DNA of 64,000 bases from the human T2T-CHM13v2.0 reference genome, Homo sapiens: the NCBI RefSeq assembly GCF_009914755.1, contig NC_060936.1. The stretch is one strand, 5' to 3'. The notes beneath the pieces were generated by a model. It saw only the letters and a program-made list of their open reading frames with translations, had not been told where the DNA came from and made no database searches. Below, one piece after another: positions 10,931-26,176 of the stretch. Each line of letters begins with the position of its first letter. The first letter of the stretch is position 1. A program made the translations under genes and the position numbers.

Positions 10931-12640
10931 GGAGCAGGAGGATATAGCTATGAGGAGGAAAATCAGCTGAGAAAGGGTACAGGAAAGGACTTCATTTAAG
11001 TAATATGACCTTTCTCAATTTCATTCAACCCAGAATTTCTCTGCTAAAATCCAGTAATACATCTTGTAATTGATTGGCATGCACATTAGGATGTAAACAA
11101 ACTTTGCCAATATCTCTGACAAGAGTTCTGAGGACTGTTTTGCAAATCAAATATATGTGAAATGTTATAAGGAATAAAAAACATTATGTTTGTACTAATA
11201 ATTGTAACTATAATAATAATGTTGGTATTATTCCTACTCAGACTAGTATGAAGTGTTCACAGCTTCAAGACCCCCGGCATGAAAAGCATTGGTAATCATG
11301 TCATTATCTGTCTGATTTATTTGTTTAAGTTCCATAGGAATACATTTTTTTCCAGAAACAACCCTCATATAAGACTTCTTGATGCATTAATTAAAAAAAA
11401 TCTGTGGCTCCTTTTTAAACAAGGCAAAAACAGCAGACCTGCTTGGAGCTACTCATATTTATGGGCATCGAGAGTGTTGTTAGCTTCTCTTACCATATAT
11501 GAATCAGACAAAAAGAAACAGAAGAGTATGTGAAGCTTCCCATATTTTTCTACTTATCTAAAAAAACTAAAATCAGAAAAGGAAACAGCATTCTCACCTA
11601 AGAATATCCTCCCACTCAGCAATGCTTCACATTTTTTCATGGATTTTATTACTATTATTATTCTACCCTCAGGGAATTCCAAGAGTAAATAAAAATTTTT
11701 GATCCAAACCGCAACCTCTTCTTCTCCCCCAGCTAAGGATCTGCCCTGCATGGAAACACGTACATGAACTGCCAGCCTACCCACACAGCCATGTCAGACT
11801 AGCACCTGGGAAGTTATTCCACCCTGTCCAGGGAGCAGAATGACACTCAAGCTGTTACCCTTGCTTTTCAAAGGCTGGAATTATTGTGGGTTACATCACC
11901 CTTTAGCAGAAATATTACCCTTCCTGTGTCACCTTATGAAACACTACCATGTGCCCACTCACATTATGGGGCTTTTTCATGAACATACATATATTCCTGA
12001 GGGTCAAATGTCCATGAACTAAGGAATTCCCAAAACCCTAATATTAGGAAATAGATAATGACTAAAAATGACCTTCATTCAATGCAGACCACTGACACAG
12101 ACTACATCGGCCCTTAGGAAGGAGGTTTGCTTTTTGTAATTGCACATTTTTCCTACATTTGATCAGATCCCAAAGACTCTGCTCCCTAGACAAAGATTTT
12201 CTTTCACCAGTGAGAGTTAATGCCTCAAGAAGAGGGCAGAGTTTCCAACAACACTGACATTATCACCTAATTCTCTATCCATCCCTAATTGCTAGTCCAA
12301 GATCAAATGACTAGAAAATCAATTTCTATTAATTATTCTATCACAATATGAAGAAAATTCTTCAAGGTGTCATGATGTATGTCACCAACCCATAAACATG
12401 TTATATATATATATACACGTTATATACCAAATATGTTATATACTCATATATGAGTGTTCAGCCTGAGATGCCTTTCCCTACAGAATCGCTGGTTTAAATT
12501 ATAGCTATGTTCTCTGGTTAGCCTATAAAAATCTATTTGAACCATTATGTACCTACTCCAAGTACACATAGAACTCTTTCAACTTTGTTTCACTATTAGA
12601 TTACTTTTATGAAAAAATGAATACAAAGTTTGTATTTATT

Positions 12641-12720
12641 TTAAGCTGAACCATATGAAAATGCAATTTTTGTAGTTCAAAAATGGCTGAATCTTGGCAA
12701 TTTCATGTGGTTCAATCTAA
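12641..12720. mobile_element. MADE2 (mariner HSMAR2-derived MITE), ~80-bp palindrome
   Basis: ttaagctgaaccatatgaaaatgc...ggcaatttcatgtggttcaatctaa; terminal inverted repeats match MADE2. Confidence 0.85.
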
Positions 12721-13906
12721 TCCCTTTATTCAAAAAGCATTAACTGAATAATATGCACAAGAGAGAAAGAGGTTGGGGGAAAAAGAGTGGAAGACATAAT
12801 TCATGTATTTAGAGATCATCACATCCAGTTAACACGTAAATGGATATAATGGGTACATGACATGATAAGCGGTGATTTGATGCCTTTTAACTCCAGGAAA
12901 ACTAAACACAGACCACGTGTGTTTTATATTACCAAGCAATGTCAGCAGATATGTTCACCTTGAGCCCAGCCCCCTTTGCCAAACCCACACTGTAAGGGAC
13001 AGGATGAAGGTCAGGTACCGCCTGGCAGATAAACCATAAGAATAGGAGTCAAATGTTTATTAGATTTTACCTACCTCGGAAAGGGCCAATGATTCAGCCA
13101 TTCTCTATAAAAGTACTCAAACAGAATGACCTGTAATTTAAATTTTCTTATTACTCTCTTTAGCTGTAATGTTTATTCTAATTTGTTTTGGATAATAAAT
13201 AGATTAATCGTTTTAATAAGGATATTCAGTCTGTTTTCTATTTGAAAAATCCAGAGGACAAACACCTCTGCTTTGTGTTGGCTCCCTAATTATGCTAACT
13301 ATATTTGACTGAGTATATATTAGACAGAGAGCCAAGCAGGATGTTTGGATCATAAAATGATCCCTTATTCTCAACTCCAAATTACACCATTAATCTTCAA
13401 TTTAATTTCTCACAGATTTCTCCATAGTCAATAATATGTATGTATTATATTAATACTATTAAACTCCTGTAAAATTATAGTTTGGGAAATTCAATGATAC
13501 AATCTTAGAATCCAGTTCAGCATCAATATAATTTTAAATTTTTAGTCATCTTTCTTAATATAGAAGCAATGCTCATTAAATTTTTAAAAATCAAACAATG
13601 TAAAAATACAGTAGAAATTGAAAGTTATATGTAATTGAGGTGAAAGGGGTGAGAGAGCAAGAGATGGTGATTTGAAAACAGAGTGACATTATATTGTTGT
13701 ATCAAAATAACCACATCCAAAAAGCCATGACATATACTGTTTTGCCTATAACTACTGCATAGAACTATATATGATTAATACCAAATATTGGTTTACAAAT
13801 AAATGCCTTATCAATTTAAAGGAGGGAGGTCACCCCTCTATGTGTCAAAAATAGTTGATGGGTCTAATTCTTTGTAAATCACTGTAAGATACATTATCTT
13901 ACTTGA

Positions 13907-14940
<1,034 letters not shown>

Positions 14941-16247
14941 CTATACAGCCTTATAGGTGATATTAATAAATTTGACCTTTATTCTGCCAGCAATAAGAAA
15001 ACATTGAATATTTTAAGAAAGTGATTGATTTTTAAAACTATCTGGGTAGGACAAGAGGAGGTTAATTAAAAGAGCAAAATGCTGCAGCTGCCAGATAAAT
15101 AAATGCTCTCTAAGCCTACAGAAGAGAAAGCAGGTTGGTAGGTCAGCCGTTCCCAAAATGTTCTGAATTACCTCGACAGAAGTGGGAACAGGGCCACTAG
15201 TTATGTACTTCCCCATTGTCCATTCATTTATCTGAAGTTAGACTTTAGGGCTTCTTGTGTATCTGTGTTCACCATTCAGCCTGGTAGTAGTACTCTACAT
15301 AGCAATTGCTAAATAAAACCTTTGCTGATGAATTGTCAGAATTCTAATATGCTTATTAGGGAGAAGGTGAGAATAAATTGTAAATGGAAATTATTACAAT
15401 GTAAAATATGTAGCAATGATTATATACATATATTATGCTCCTTTGAGGACATAACACAAAACTAGGAAATCAAATAGCACAACTAAAGCAGATACCAAAT
15501 ACTGAAAGAGAAGTTGCACCACCAGAAGCAGTAATTCTGTTTTTAGTAGAAGTCTCCTGGCTGTACTAACTTGAGATCTTTACTGGCTAAAACAAAAAAT
15601 CAGTCAACTGCTTCCATCCTTGTTAACTCAGTTCCTTCTGCTTTTTAGGAAAAACATGTAATTTCTCACTGAGGTCTCTTGCTATTCCAATTCTGCTGCA
15701 TTGTTATTTTTATTTTAATGAGTGCTTGGAAGGTATTTATTATGTAATTTAATAGCAATAAATAAAGTAAACCTGGATGAGCTCCTAAAACATTTGCTAT
15801 GTACCTGCTTATTTAAAGTAAGAAAAAATAGAACATTTTCCATAATGACCAGGTAAATGTTTATTTTGCTTAGTGCCTCTACCTCCAGCCTTCATCTTTT
15901 TCTCTTACTTGTTCCTAAGTGTGGGCTCTGCCCATGAACTTACTGTTCCTTCTCCATCTGTGCTCGAAAACTATTGCCCATCTGTGCAGGGTGAGTTTCA
16001 TTCAAACCAATAACCAAGAAGCAAGATCCAATGTCCTTAAGCACACTAGAAGGAAAGAATAATACCAAAAGAATCCTTCTGATCCATGAACAGGATTAAG
16101 TCTTCAACAGCTAACACTGTGATTAAATTGCTCTCTCTTGAGTTCTGGCTCAAAATTCCAGGCAAATTCCTGATTTTTAAAAAATCATACAATTCTTAAT
16201 CCACTCATGCCACAAGTAAATAGAATGCCTGCTTCTAATCACATGCA

Positions 16248-16443
16248 GCAGAGGTCCCTGAACTTTGGTAGGCATCAAAATTATCTGCATTACCCTTTAC
16301 AAATACATATGCCCACGACCCACTACAGACTTATGGAATAAAACTCATCGGAGATAGGGGCAGACCATCTGTACTTTTAATGAAATCTCCAAGAAAACTT
16401 ACATACCAAATTCCAATGCACACCAAAACTTAAGAATAACTAC
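16248..16443. mobile_element. MER5-family (hAT-Charlie) element
   Basis: cagaggtccctgaactttggtaggcatcaaaattatctg...acaaatacatatgccc...tgcacaccaaaacttaagaataact. Confidence 0.6.
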
Positions 16444-16732
16444 TTTATAGACCAGAGCAATAATTAGTAATGGTCATACAATAATTATTAATTGGACAGG
16501 GATAAATATAAGTCACAACATAAATTATTTTACCGCCTGACAGATGATTTAACAGTCTCCCCTAATAAATCAAAATCTCTTTGGAGGAAACAACAAATCT
16601 TAGTCACCTTTATGCCCAAACCAGTTGTATAGCAGACACTCAATAAATTTTAGAAAAATAAGTAAAAACATCCATATCCACATGAACATCTAATCAGTTT
16701 TATCATTTCATTTGTATGTAAGAAGACTTCTG

Positions 16733-17062
16733 TACTGTATGATCTCACATGTGAAATCTAAAAATAAAAATCAAATACACAGAGAGAAATTAAAACAGTG
16801 GTTACCAGCGGCAGGGTGGAGAGGAAATGGGGAGATGTAGGTCAAAACAGACAAAGTAGCAGATGTATAGGATTAACAAGTCTTGAGATTTGATGTACAA
16901 CAGAGAATTATAGTTAATAATATTGTATTCAAGATTTTTGCTAAAATAATAGATTTTAGATCCTCTTAACACAAAAAAGGTAACTGTGGAATATGTCAAT
17001 TTTCTTGACTATAATAACTATTTCACTATATGTATATTAAAATACCATGTAAACCTTAAATA
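16733..17062 (+). mobile_element. L1MA-type 3' end
   Basis: tactgtatgatctcacatgtgaaatctaaaa...gtggttaccag...aaatggggagatgtaggtcaaa...caaagtagcagatgtatagga. Confidence 0.8.
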
Positions 17063-17365
17063 CACTATCTTCCTTCTTTGTCTGCAGGCTCTGCATCCAC
17101 AAACTCGACCAACTGCAGACTGAAAATATTCAGAAAAGAAAAGCATTACAATAAAAAATACAAACTATAAAAACTATGTACATAGCATTTACATTGTATT
17201 AGATATTATAAGTAATCTAGTGATCATTTAAATTTTACAGGAGGATATGCATAGGTTACATGCAAATTATACACAGTTTTACATAAGGAACTTGAGCATC
17301 CACATACTTTGGTAAGCAAGGGGAGTCCTGGAGTCAGTGCCCCACAGATACCAAGAGACGACTGT
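17063..17365. mobile_element. MER2 (TcMar-Tigger)
   Basis: catagcatttacattgtattagatattataagtaatctag...gcataggttacatgcaaat...cttgagcatcc...cccacagataccaagagacgactgta. Confidence 0.85.
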
Positions 17366-18506
17366 ATGCAATAAAATTTTTTAAAGAAAAACCCCTAGAC
17401 ATACAAAAAGAAAGGGAAAAAACAAAATACCAAGACTTTCACTTCATTTGATCACTTAAAAATACTATGCAAAAAGGTACAACAATACAACGTTCCCAGG
17501 AAAGAAATGCATGTTCCTCTCACCCACTTTTTCCGCCAAGAGTACACTGTACATCTTGATTTTTAAAAGAAATGAAAATAAGCCATGTTATACATGATAG
17601 TCATAAAATTCTCAGGAAAAAATATTAGATGACTCCCAAACCCCTCACATAGCCTTCTCCCTCATACTCCCATTTGCTGACCTGATAGCTCATTACTGCA
17701 TTGCTCCTTTGCAACATCTGCCCCAGATGATGTCTGCATATTTTCAAGAACAGGGTAAAAGTTTCTGTCCTTGCAACAAGGGACCCACTAAAAAATTCTA
17801 GACCCTCTCACTGGATTTGAGACGTCAGTGCAGGGAAAATGCAAAATAAGAAATGTAGACCCAGAATTACCAATGTGCAAGTACAAAAGCATTCATCCAT
17901 TGGTTTGTAATGATATCCAAATTCCATAAATATAAAATTTGGTATGGTAAACTCTATGCACCTTACACTAATTCACTATTTTATTTATTCTGAACCTGTC
18001 CAAAAATAACAAATGTTTTCCTATTCTTGGAGCACTCCATGAAAACCGCTGAGTAAGGGCAGTAAAATAGGTTCTTCATTCCTAATAAATCATTATAATT
18101 TATGTTGTACTTGTCCCATTGGAGAGGATAATAAGAGGCTGCTATGCATAACATATTTCCTCAAAAAAATTTTTCACTGGGTTCTTACTCACTCTGGACA
18201 AGCAATTGTAAAGCAGAAACTTGATGGTTGAGAGCAGGGCATTAAGCAATGTTGAGAGAGATCAGTTGCCAAATGGAGCTTAGAATAGGACTTTTAAAGG
18301 TAACTTGGATGAAATTAATGTTACATCACCTCAATATCAATGCTGCCTTTGTCATAAGTATGTTTGAGAATACTACTAAGAACTCAAGGTAAAGAAGAGA
18401 GATGGCTCTTCTAACTGTTGCATGAACAATCCTGAGATGCATATACACTTGCACAATCAACTTACAAGCTCCACCATTGTCACCAAAGCAGATACCCGAT
18501 CAAATT

Positions 18507-18680
18507 CAGTACTTCTCAACCTGCAGCATGCATACGATTCACCTGGAGAACAGACACATGAGCACTACTCCCAGAGATTCTGATTCAGTAGCTTGAGGTG
18601 AGGCCCAAGCATTTGCATATCCAAAAATCTCCTAGGTGATGCAGATGCTGAAAATCTGTGGACCACACTTTGAGTGGCAT
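18507..18680. mobile_element. MER5A
   Basis: cagtacttctcaac...ttcacctggag...cccagagattctgattcagtag...atttgcat...aggtgatgcagatgctg...ggaccacactttgagtggca. Confidence 0.85.
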
Positions 18681-19009
18681 TCCTCCGGTTGATTTTTCTG
18701 ATTCCTTTTACTCAGGGTTGCTTCTAGATGTTCATTTTAATTAAGAATGCTGTGGGAGAACACACTGGGGGATTTGACGTGTATTATACCACTCTGAGAC
18801 CTGCATAAATAAACATCTGTGATGTCTACATTGCTAAACTCACCAAAAAGTGAAATAGCCAGGGTCCAATGTAAGACAGTCTGACTCCAAACACCATGTT
18901 CTTTTCATTACACTACAGTTGTTATTAAAGTCAACAACTAGATAAGATTACTTGGGGAGAAAGACAAGACCCAAAAGGGGCTGAGGTCAGAACCTTTGGG
19001 AATACCAAT

Positions 19010-19450
19010 TGTTATAGGTGGAATTGTGTCCCATCCCCCAAAAAAGAATATATTGAACTCCTAAACCCCAATACCTCAGAATCTGACCTTATTTGGAAAC
19101 AGAATCTGGACAGAGGTGATCAAGGTAAAATGAGATTATTAGTATGAGCCCTAATCCAATATGACTTATTTCCTCATAGAAAGAGGAAATTTGGACATAA
19201 AGACAGACACATGCAAACAGAAGACACACAGGAAGAAGACAGTCACGCAACTAGAAGCCAAGGAACCTCAAGTATTGCTAGAGCTAGAAGAGCCAAGGAA
19301 GCACTCTCCTCTAGAGGCTTCGGGGAGAACATGGCTGTGCAACACCTTGATTTTGAACTTCTGGCCTCCAGAACTGTGTAACAACACATTTCTGTTATTT
19401 CAGCCACCCCACTTCTGGTACTTCATGACAGCAGCCCTAGAAAGCTAACA
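19010..19450 (+). mobile_element. MaLR solo LTR (MLT1C-like) inserted in an L2
   Basis: tgttataggtggaattgtgtccc...gaccttatttggaaa...gccctaatccaatatgac...ctggcctccagaactgtg...gcagccctagaaagctaaca; near-perfect 5-bp TSD ccaat/cgaat. Confidence 0.88.
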
Positions 19451-19709
19451 CGAATATTTACAGGAACAAAACGAAGTACCCACGAATGACACTAAGAGGC
19501 CATGTTTAAAGGGAGAGGAGTGCTATACCATAGGACTGAAGAGGTCAAACTGAATATAAAGAGAGACATGTAAAAATTTCACAGAAACTTCCTAAACAAT
19601 TATTGTTTTTCTAAAATGACCTTTCTGGTCAAAAGAACAACTTCAACAGGCCATGTGATTAGGAAATCTCAAAATATTTTTGAGCACTTGAGCCGTGAAC
19701 AAGAAAGAC

Positions 19710-20065
19710 TAATAATAAACAAACACTTATATGTCTAACAAGACCCTATTATTCAGACCGTTTTTATCATTTGTTCTCAAAACAATCTGATGAGGTAGGC
19801 AGTATCTATATTGTTCATATCAGAAACTAAAGCTGAGAAAAAACTAATCTTTATGTGAAATTATAAGCCTGCAGGCATTATGTTATTGATTTAACTGTTT
19901 TCTTATGTAATATCTACAATCTTCTGAGGGAGGTGTCTTATCCACCTTTCATCGGTCAGAAAACACAGAAATGTTAGGTCAATTGCCCAAGATCAGAGAG
20001 CTTTGAAAAAAAGAAAAATTTTCAAAGTCACATCTATTGCCCCCAAAACTCATATTCTTTGCATG
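19710..20065 (-). mobile_element. Tandem MIR fragments
   Basis: caaaacaatctgatgaggtaggcag...; aattgcccaagatcagagagc...ccccaaaactcatattctt. Confidence 0.55.
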
Positions 20066-21116
20066 GCACTATAACTGGCCTCCTGTGGACTGGTGAACTC
20101 CATGAAAAAAGTTATTAAAGTGAGGAAGGTACTGAAAGTGGATTTCGGAAACTAAAGCTTTGTAACTTTACAGAAATAGTTAAAAGATATTTCTCTTATC
20201 TAGGACATTGTGCATAAGGTGGCTGAAGAAACCATTCACATAAAGGTAATCAGAGTTTACTGCTGACAAAATAAAATATTTTCCCACAAATGTGTTAGTA
20301 AAATGGCTTTTCTGGTCAGGTGAACAACTTTAACTGGTCATCTAGCTAAAGGCAGAATTTGGAAGTAACTATCTGAATTGCATGTATACTTAGTTATTCC
20401 TCTCCTCAATAAAGAGTAAAAAATCATCAAGACATAAACCATAGGTACATTACAATATAGAATCTAAGTGCTTTTATTAACATCATGTTTTTGTGCTATG
20501 CTTAAGATTACATAAAGGTTTATGCTTTAATAAAGATTTCTCACAACCCTAGAAGATTTTTTTCAAAGATTATCCTACTTCATTTTAAGGCAAACTTTCA
20601 TTCAGATGTAAATTCTGAAAGAAGATTTCAATATTGCTTAAAATACAAAAATACAAAAGAGCAAATGATATAGCATTCTTTTTATTATGAAATGCTTATT
20701 TTCAGAATCCCAGAGCTATAAAGGATCTCTGAGAGGCATTTAATTTATCCATGTGGTCTTAATACTGTATATTAATGTATTTCAAATAATGATCAGGATG
20801 GAAAGTCTCAAAGAAGGCCGCCTCCATTGTGGCAACTCCTTCATATCTGAAGGGAATCCTCAAGGCAGAAGACACCCCTTCATGGGGAGTCGTACCCATT
20901 CCCAAGCTCTCTTATCCCTACAAGCAAAAGCACGTAAATACTCAACTCTGCTCAGTGTCTAGGTCAATCCTGATCTCATGGAGGAACACTGTTAACAGTT
21001 CTAGGCCACAATTAGGTTCAAACAGAAACAGCATAAGTCTCCTTGGCTGCTAATCCAGTTCAGGTGCTTGCATCCCAATTCTGACCACCAGATTTAGTCC
21101 TAAATTCTGCATTGAA

Positions 21117-21119
<3 letters not shown>

Positions 21120-21151
<32 letters not shown>

Positions 21152-21169
21152 TGTGTGTGTGTGTGTGTG
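21120..21169. repeat. (TG)n microsatellite with a GCGC interruption
   Basis: Directly visible. Confidence 0.95.
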
Positions 21170-21885
21170 ACATGCATAATGCAAGTATGTCTCAAAAACT
21201 GAGACTTTGCCTTCATCTGGCCAGTGTCCCTGCTGGAATAGAGCCTTGCCCTGAATTCTGTTCTAGTACCTGAAACCTTACTATTAGTTGAATGGTTTCT
21301 CTTGTTTTACCAGCCTACATATCTACCTAGAATCCTAAGTACTTGCATGATATTACTTTACCTTGCCTATCAAAACACTTATAACTCCATGATGAGCCTA
21401 TATTTTTTCTGTTACTATACATCTTTATAATGTGCCCTCCATATCATCAACTGTATTGAACCACACATATCATCTCAATGCCTGCCTCATTCCAGCGGGG
21501 TCGCCTGTAAGCATAATCTATCCTGGCAAGGTTAATTGTGCTACATCCAGCCCAGTCTTAAACACAACCTGTGTGGTGACCATTCCTTGGATCTGCCCCA
21601 ATGCAAGACCGTCAGCACCCTGCCTTTCCTCCCCTTCTGTAGGGTCCTCATCATCAGAACTTAATAATTTCTAAAGATCACTATAGTTTTATAAAATAAA
21701 AATTATATCTTCAATAAAAGGGGGATAGAGATGTCAGCCACAGATAACAAGGACAAAAGTAACATTTATAAGTAGTTATTTTTCATTCCTAAAACAGAAA
21801 TGTAAAATATGTCATTTTAATTCACAATATTTTAATGTATGTATTAAATCCTGCTGTATTTAAGAAGAATATTTTCATTTAATTA

Positions 21886-22352
21886 GTTTATTGCGGCACT
21901 ATTCACACTAGCAAAGACTTGGAACCAACCCAAATGTCCAACAACGATAGACTAGATTAAGAAAATGTGGCACATATACACCATGGAATACTATGCAGCC
22001 ATAAAAAATGATGAGTTCATGTCCTTTGTAGGGACATGGATGAAACTGGAAACCATCATTCTCAGCAAACTATCGCAAGGACAAAAAACCAAACACCACA
22101 TGTTCTCACTTACAGGTGGGAATTGAACAATGAGAACACATGGACACAGGAAGGGGAACATCACACTCCGGGGACTGTTGTGAGGTGGGGGTAGGGGGGA
22201 GGGATAGCATTAGGAGATACACCTAATGTTAAATGGCGAGTTAATGGGTGCAGCACACCAACATGGCACATGTATACATATGTAACAAACCTGCACATTG
22301 TGCACATGTACCCTAAAACTTAAAGTGTAATAATAATAAAATTTAAAAAAAA
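21886..22352 (+). mobile_element. 5'-truncated L1PA3/PA4-like 3' end
   Basis: gtttattgcggcactattcac...aaactatcgcaaggacaaaaaaccaaacacc...gcacatgtaccctaaaacttaaagt + A-rich tail; low divergence. Confidence 0.95.
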
Positions 22353-25300
22353 GAATTATTATGGTAACTGAATCTCAAGTATTAATTAAATATATCTTTA
22401 AATTTTACTTGGTGTTTTTATATTAAGCATCTTGCAAGGAATCTAAGATCTTCAAAGGTAAGAATTATATCTTGCATATAATACATGATAGTTTCATCCT
22501 ATGTCAAATCCATAAATCCCTACACATTGATTGAAACCACATGCTGGGGCATTTTATGGAGATTTGTAAAAGCTTTGCTGGCATTAGATTGAAGGCTGTA
22601 TTAACAATTATGATAACTACTTTGGAAAAATAAAACAAACGAGGGAAAGCACAGAAAAGTTACAAGTGGCACTTGTTCTAACACTCTAAAGCAAATATAA
22701 TCCCCTTCAATTCACAAAACTATTAATTACTCTCGAGGCTTGCAAGTGTTCTACACAATCTGCAAACCTTTTTCCATCTTTGCAATGCATACTTTCAGAC
22801 ATAGAGGTATTTGAGAACCCACTAACAGTATGCTCCTAAGGTATTATTGGGCAGTGGGTGTTAAAAAAAAAAAGTATTTTTTTAAGATACCAGGAAAACT
22901 CAGATTCCAAAATCTCCTCTACTCCTCATGTATTTCCTATTGTTTGAATTGCCGAAAGCTTTTTAGTTCAAGTTCTTAATACTAGTAAAATTGGCAATAA
23001 TCTGAGTGTTTTAACATTTGAAACTTCTACCATATTTATACTACTTAGAGTAACAAAAAGTCTATAATTACAAAAAGTGGTGAGAGGAAATGGATCACAA
23101 GGATGCTAAGAATCTAAGTCTGGGAAAGGGGCTATCAAAAGGGAGCAAAGGGCAAGATTCTGGGGATAAAACAAGACCAAGTGTGGACATTTCCCACAAG
23201 TAAAGAAAGCCCGCATAACCTGAATTCTGGCTTACACCAGGCAGGTGTCAGCGTGGCACAGACCAAGAGAACCAGGACTAATAAACATGAAGATGGCAAG
23301 TGATTTTCAACTCAGGCTCCTGCTCTTTTTGTCCAGCTCCACTGTTTGCTTCCTACCTGCTGTTAAATCAACAGTCCTAGGCAGACTTCAGTCACGTGCC
23401 AAACAACATGGGGGCCAACTGGTTTTGGAAAAGTTCATGAGAACTAGGCTCCATCTTTATCTTTCTGCCTTTTTAGGTACTGCTATCCAAATGCTGGTTG
23501 AACAGCTGAGCTTAAAATCTCTCCCAGATATAATGGAAAAATGAAGGCAAACGATCAATCTCCTGCAAGCTTCTAAACCATGTGAGAACAGAATAAGACC
23601 CAGGATGATCAGGCTGAATTCTGCTTCCCCTAAAATTTGGCAGAGAAGCACCTCCATCTGTGTTCCTTGGGCCCTTGGAAAATCACTGTGCCTGACATTT
23701 TAAGGCCCTGGATACCAAAGACAACATTCTTTTTGCAGGGAAGAACAGACTGAATCATCCGTTAGATATAGCAATAGCTTTCTTTATGGAGAAACCTAAC
23801 TAGCTTATCTGGCAGACATCTGAGGCACAGATACTCTTTACTTAATGTAGACACAGCCTAGGTCGTACAGAAAAATAAATAAGAATGTACTTCCAAAGAA
23901 ATATAAATCCATACAATTAAATTGATTTCATTCATGCTCCAGTTGCCCTGTTCATTTCCAACTTTTTTTATGCTGATACCTTCCCTCCCAACTTCTCTGT
24001 TCATGCTTGGGCTCACACATTCTCTTAATCTGTTAATTATCTGTATTAGTTATTCATTAAATACTATATGCTTTTGGCTGGAACCTGACCAAGAAATTTT
24101 TTTTAAGTTTCATGCTCTCCTGGGAATAACTTATAAGACAAAAATCCAGATTTCATCACACGATGCACGTAGTGACCTCCCTGGGGGAGATGTTACCAGT
24201 AAAACAAAGCTGCTTTCTGTCAAAGCAAAGTGCTGTGGATTCTGAAATTTGAAGCCAAAAATAAAATATTCACAAACAACCAAAATATTTATGATTAAAG
24301 ATGTTATGCTTTCAAAATTATGCTCTACAAACTTTTGCTATGTCTTCTATTAAAAAGCAGTAGCCTAATGCTAAAGTGTCAGATTCTAACCTGAAGCTAT
24401 TTTAGATGTTCCTGTTTTTAAAAATTGAGAAACACTATATGTAGAGAATCTAATGTTTTTTTCTTTTTCCTCTCTCCTTACCAAAATCAATCAAATTACA
24501 ATGGCTACCCAGAACAGTATGAGGGAAACTTTATCATTCACAACACATACATAACCAACAGCAAGGAGGCTACCCTAACCAGTATTGTATACAGAGTGTC
24601 AACAAAAGACAGGAAAGAATACAAACTGCCTGCTGTAAGGAAGACCAGAGCAAGAGATCTGAGAGCTAACGGAGAACTTAAGAATGAGAACTGTGATCCA
24701 AAAGAAATTCTGAGGGAAAATAAGATGAATGGTGAAATCGGAAAGGAGGAAAACTAGCTAGAGAAATAAGAGGCCCCAGATAGATAGGGATACAAAGGTC
24801 AAAGTAGCCCATGGCCATAATGATGGATTCAGAAAGCAATATGCTATAATTTGCTCTTTAAAAATTAGGACTGGATCCAAAAGATTAAAGTGTGTTTCTG
24901 ATATTATTTGACCCCAAAATTCAACCTGCTCCCGTGTTTGGTGTGTATCAGAGCTAGAAAAATGAGTCAAGATAAGTCAGTTCTTGCACTGATTTATTGC
25001 CATCCAATTAGGAAGCTCTTGGCTCACTGATCAGAAACAAAGATTAAAGGAAAAAAAGATACCATAAAAGCTAAAACTTCTGCAATCTTCTATCTCAACC
25101 GACTATACAAAAAGATATGCAGTACCTAATTTAGTAAGAGTTATAAATCACTGCAAGTGCTAAAGAAAAAAAAAACGATGTTAACATTTAAACATATTTC
25201 TTCTGGATTTTGGTGTATTATTATGTCACTGATAAAAATATTTTTAAATGAAGCTTTAAATGCCCTGATTTTGGCTGTCTACACAGAATAAATCTAATAT

Positions 25301-25601
25301 AAAACCATACTTAAGTAAAAAATATTTATACCAATATAAAATACTCTACAGATTTCAGTAAATATTGTTGCTATAATAGTTATTTGGCCTACTTCTTTCT
25401 AACTCCCTATGCCTTACTAAATCAGCAAACACATTGTTCAGCGTCCATAGATGAATAACTAACACTATGTGATGGAAGGATTTGTCTTAGTCTAATGGTT
25501 ATTTGACAGATTACTTCTCTGTTCATTAGGGGATGTTATTATTTCAACATATTATTTGTAAAACCTTTTAAAACATTATTTGCAAAATTTTAAAGTATAC
25601 C

Positions 25602-25704
25602 TTTATTTTTTATTATTATTTTTTATCTTTTATTTTAGGTTGGAGGGTACATGTGCAGGTTGTTACATAGGTAAACTTATGTCATGGGGGTTGGTGAACA
25701 GATT
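25602..25704 (-). mobile_element. Short (~100 bp) L1PA 3' tip with TSD
   Basis: ttttattttaggttggagggtacatgtgcaggttgttacataggtaaactt...gtgaacagatt, flanked by taaagtata(cc/ag)tttattttttatt on both sides. Confidence 0.8.
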
Positions 25705-25974
25705 AAAGTATAAGTTTATTTTTTATTCATTAGGTTAACACCCATAGAAAATGTGCATCAGAAAATGAATATCATCTTAAAACAAGGAAAGTAAAATAGT
25801 AATAATAATAATTAGGTCAGGAACTGAAGCATCAACAAGTGTACTGATTTAATAATAAGTAATAAACATTCTCTTATCAAGAGATTTTGATGTCTATTCA
25901 GCACCTAACTGGTAGCAAGATCTATGAGACAGAAATAAGGTAGAAAGAGAAGAAAGAAGAGCAAACAAAGGAAG

Positions 25975-26176
25975 GCTAGGTCGCAGAAAGCCTGGAGTTT
26001 AGGCCCTCACTGATAAACTGTATGATATTTGGCAAGTGACAACCTCTATAAACCTCAATTTTCTCTTAATATAAGAGCACAACTTATGTCCCAGGATCAT
26101 CATAATGATTCAATTAGATGGTGTAGGTAATATTGTTTTACAAATGATAAAGCTCTATATAATATAAATTTATTAC
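25975..26176 (+). mobile_element. MIR (MIRc/MIR3-like)
   Basis: cctggagtttaggcc...tgtatgatatttggcaagtgacaacctctataaacctcaattttctc...aaagctctatataatataa. Confidence 0.7.

Noticed and set aside
23245-24970. ORFs of 99-110 aa in unique DNA (23245-23544, 23922-24245, 24425-24757)
   Set aside because: Non-ATG starts, no recognisable homology or supporting splice structure, and lengths within chance expectation.
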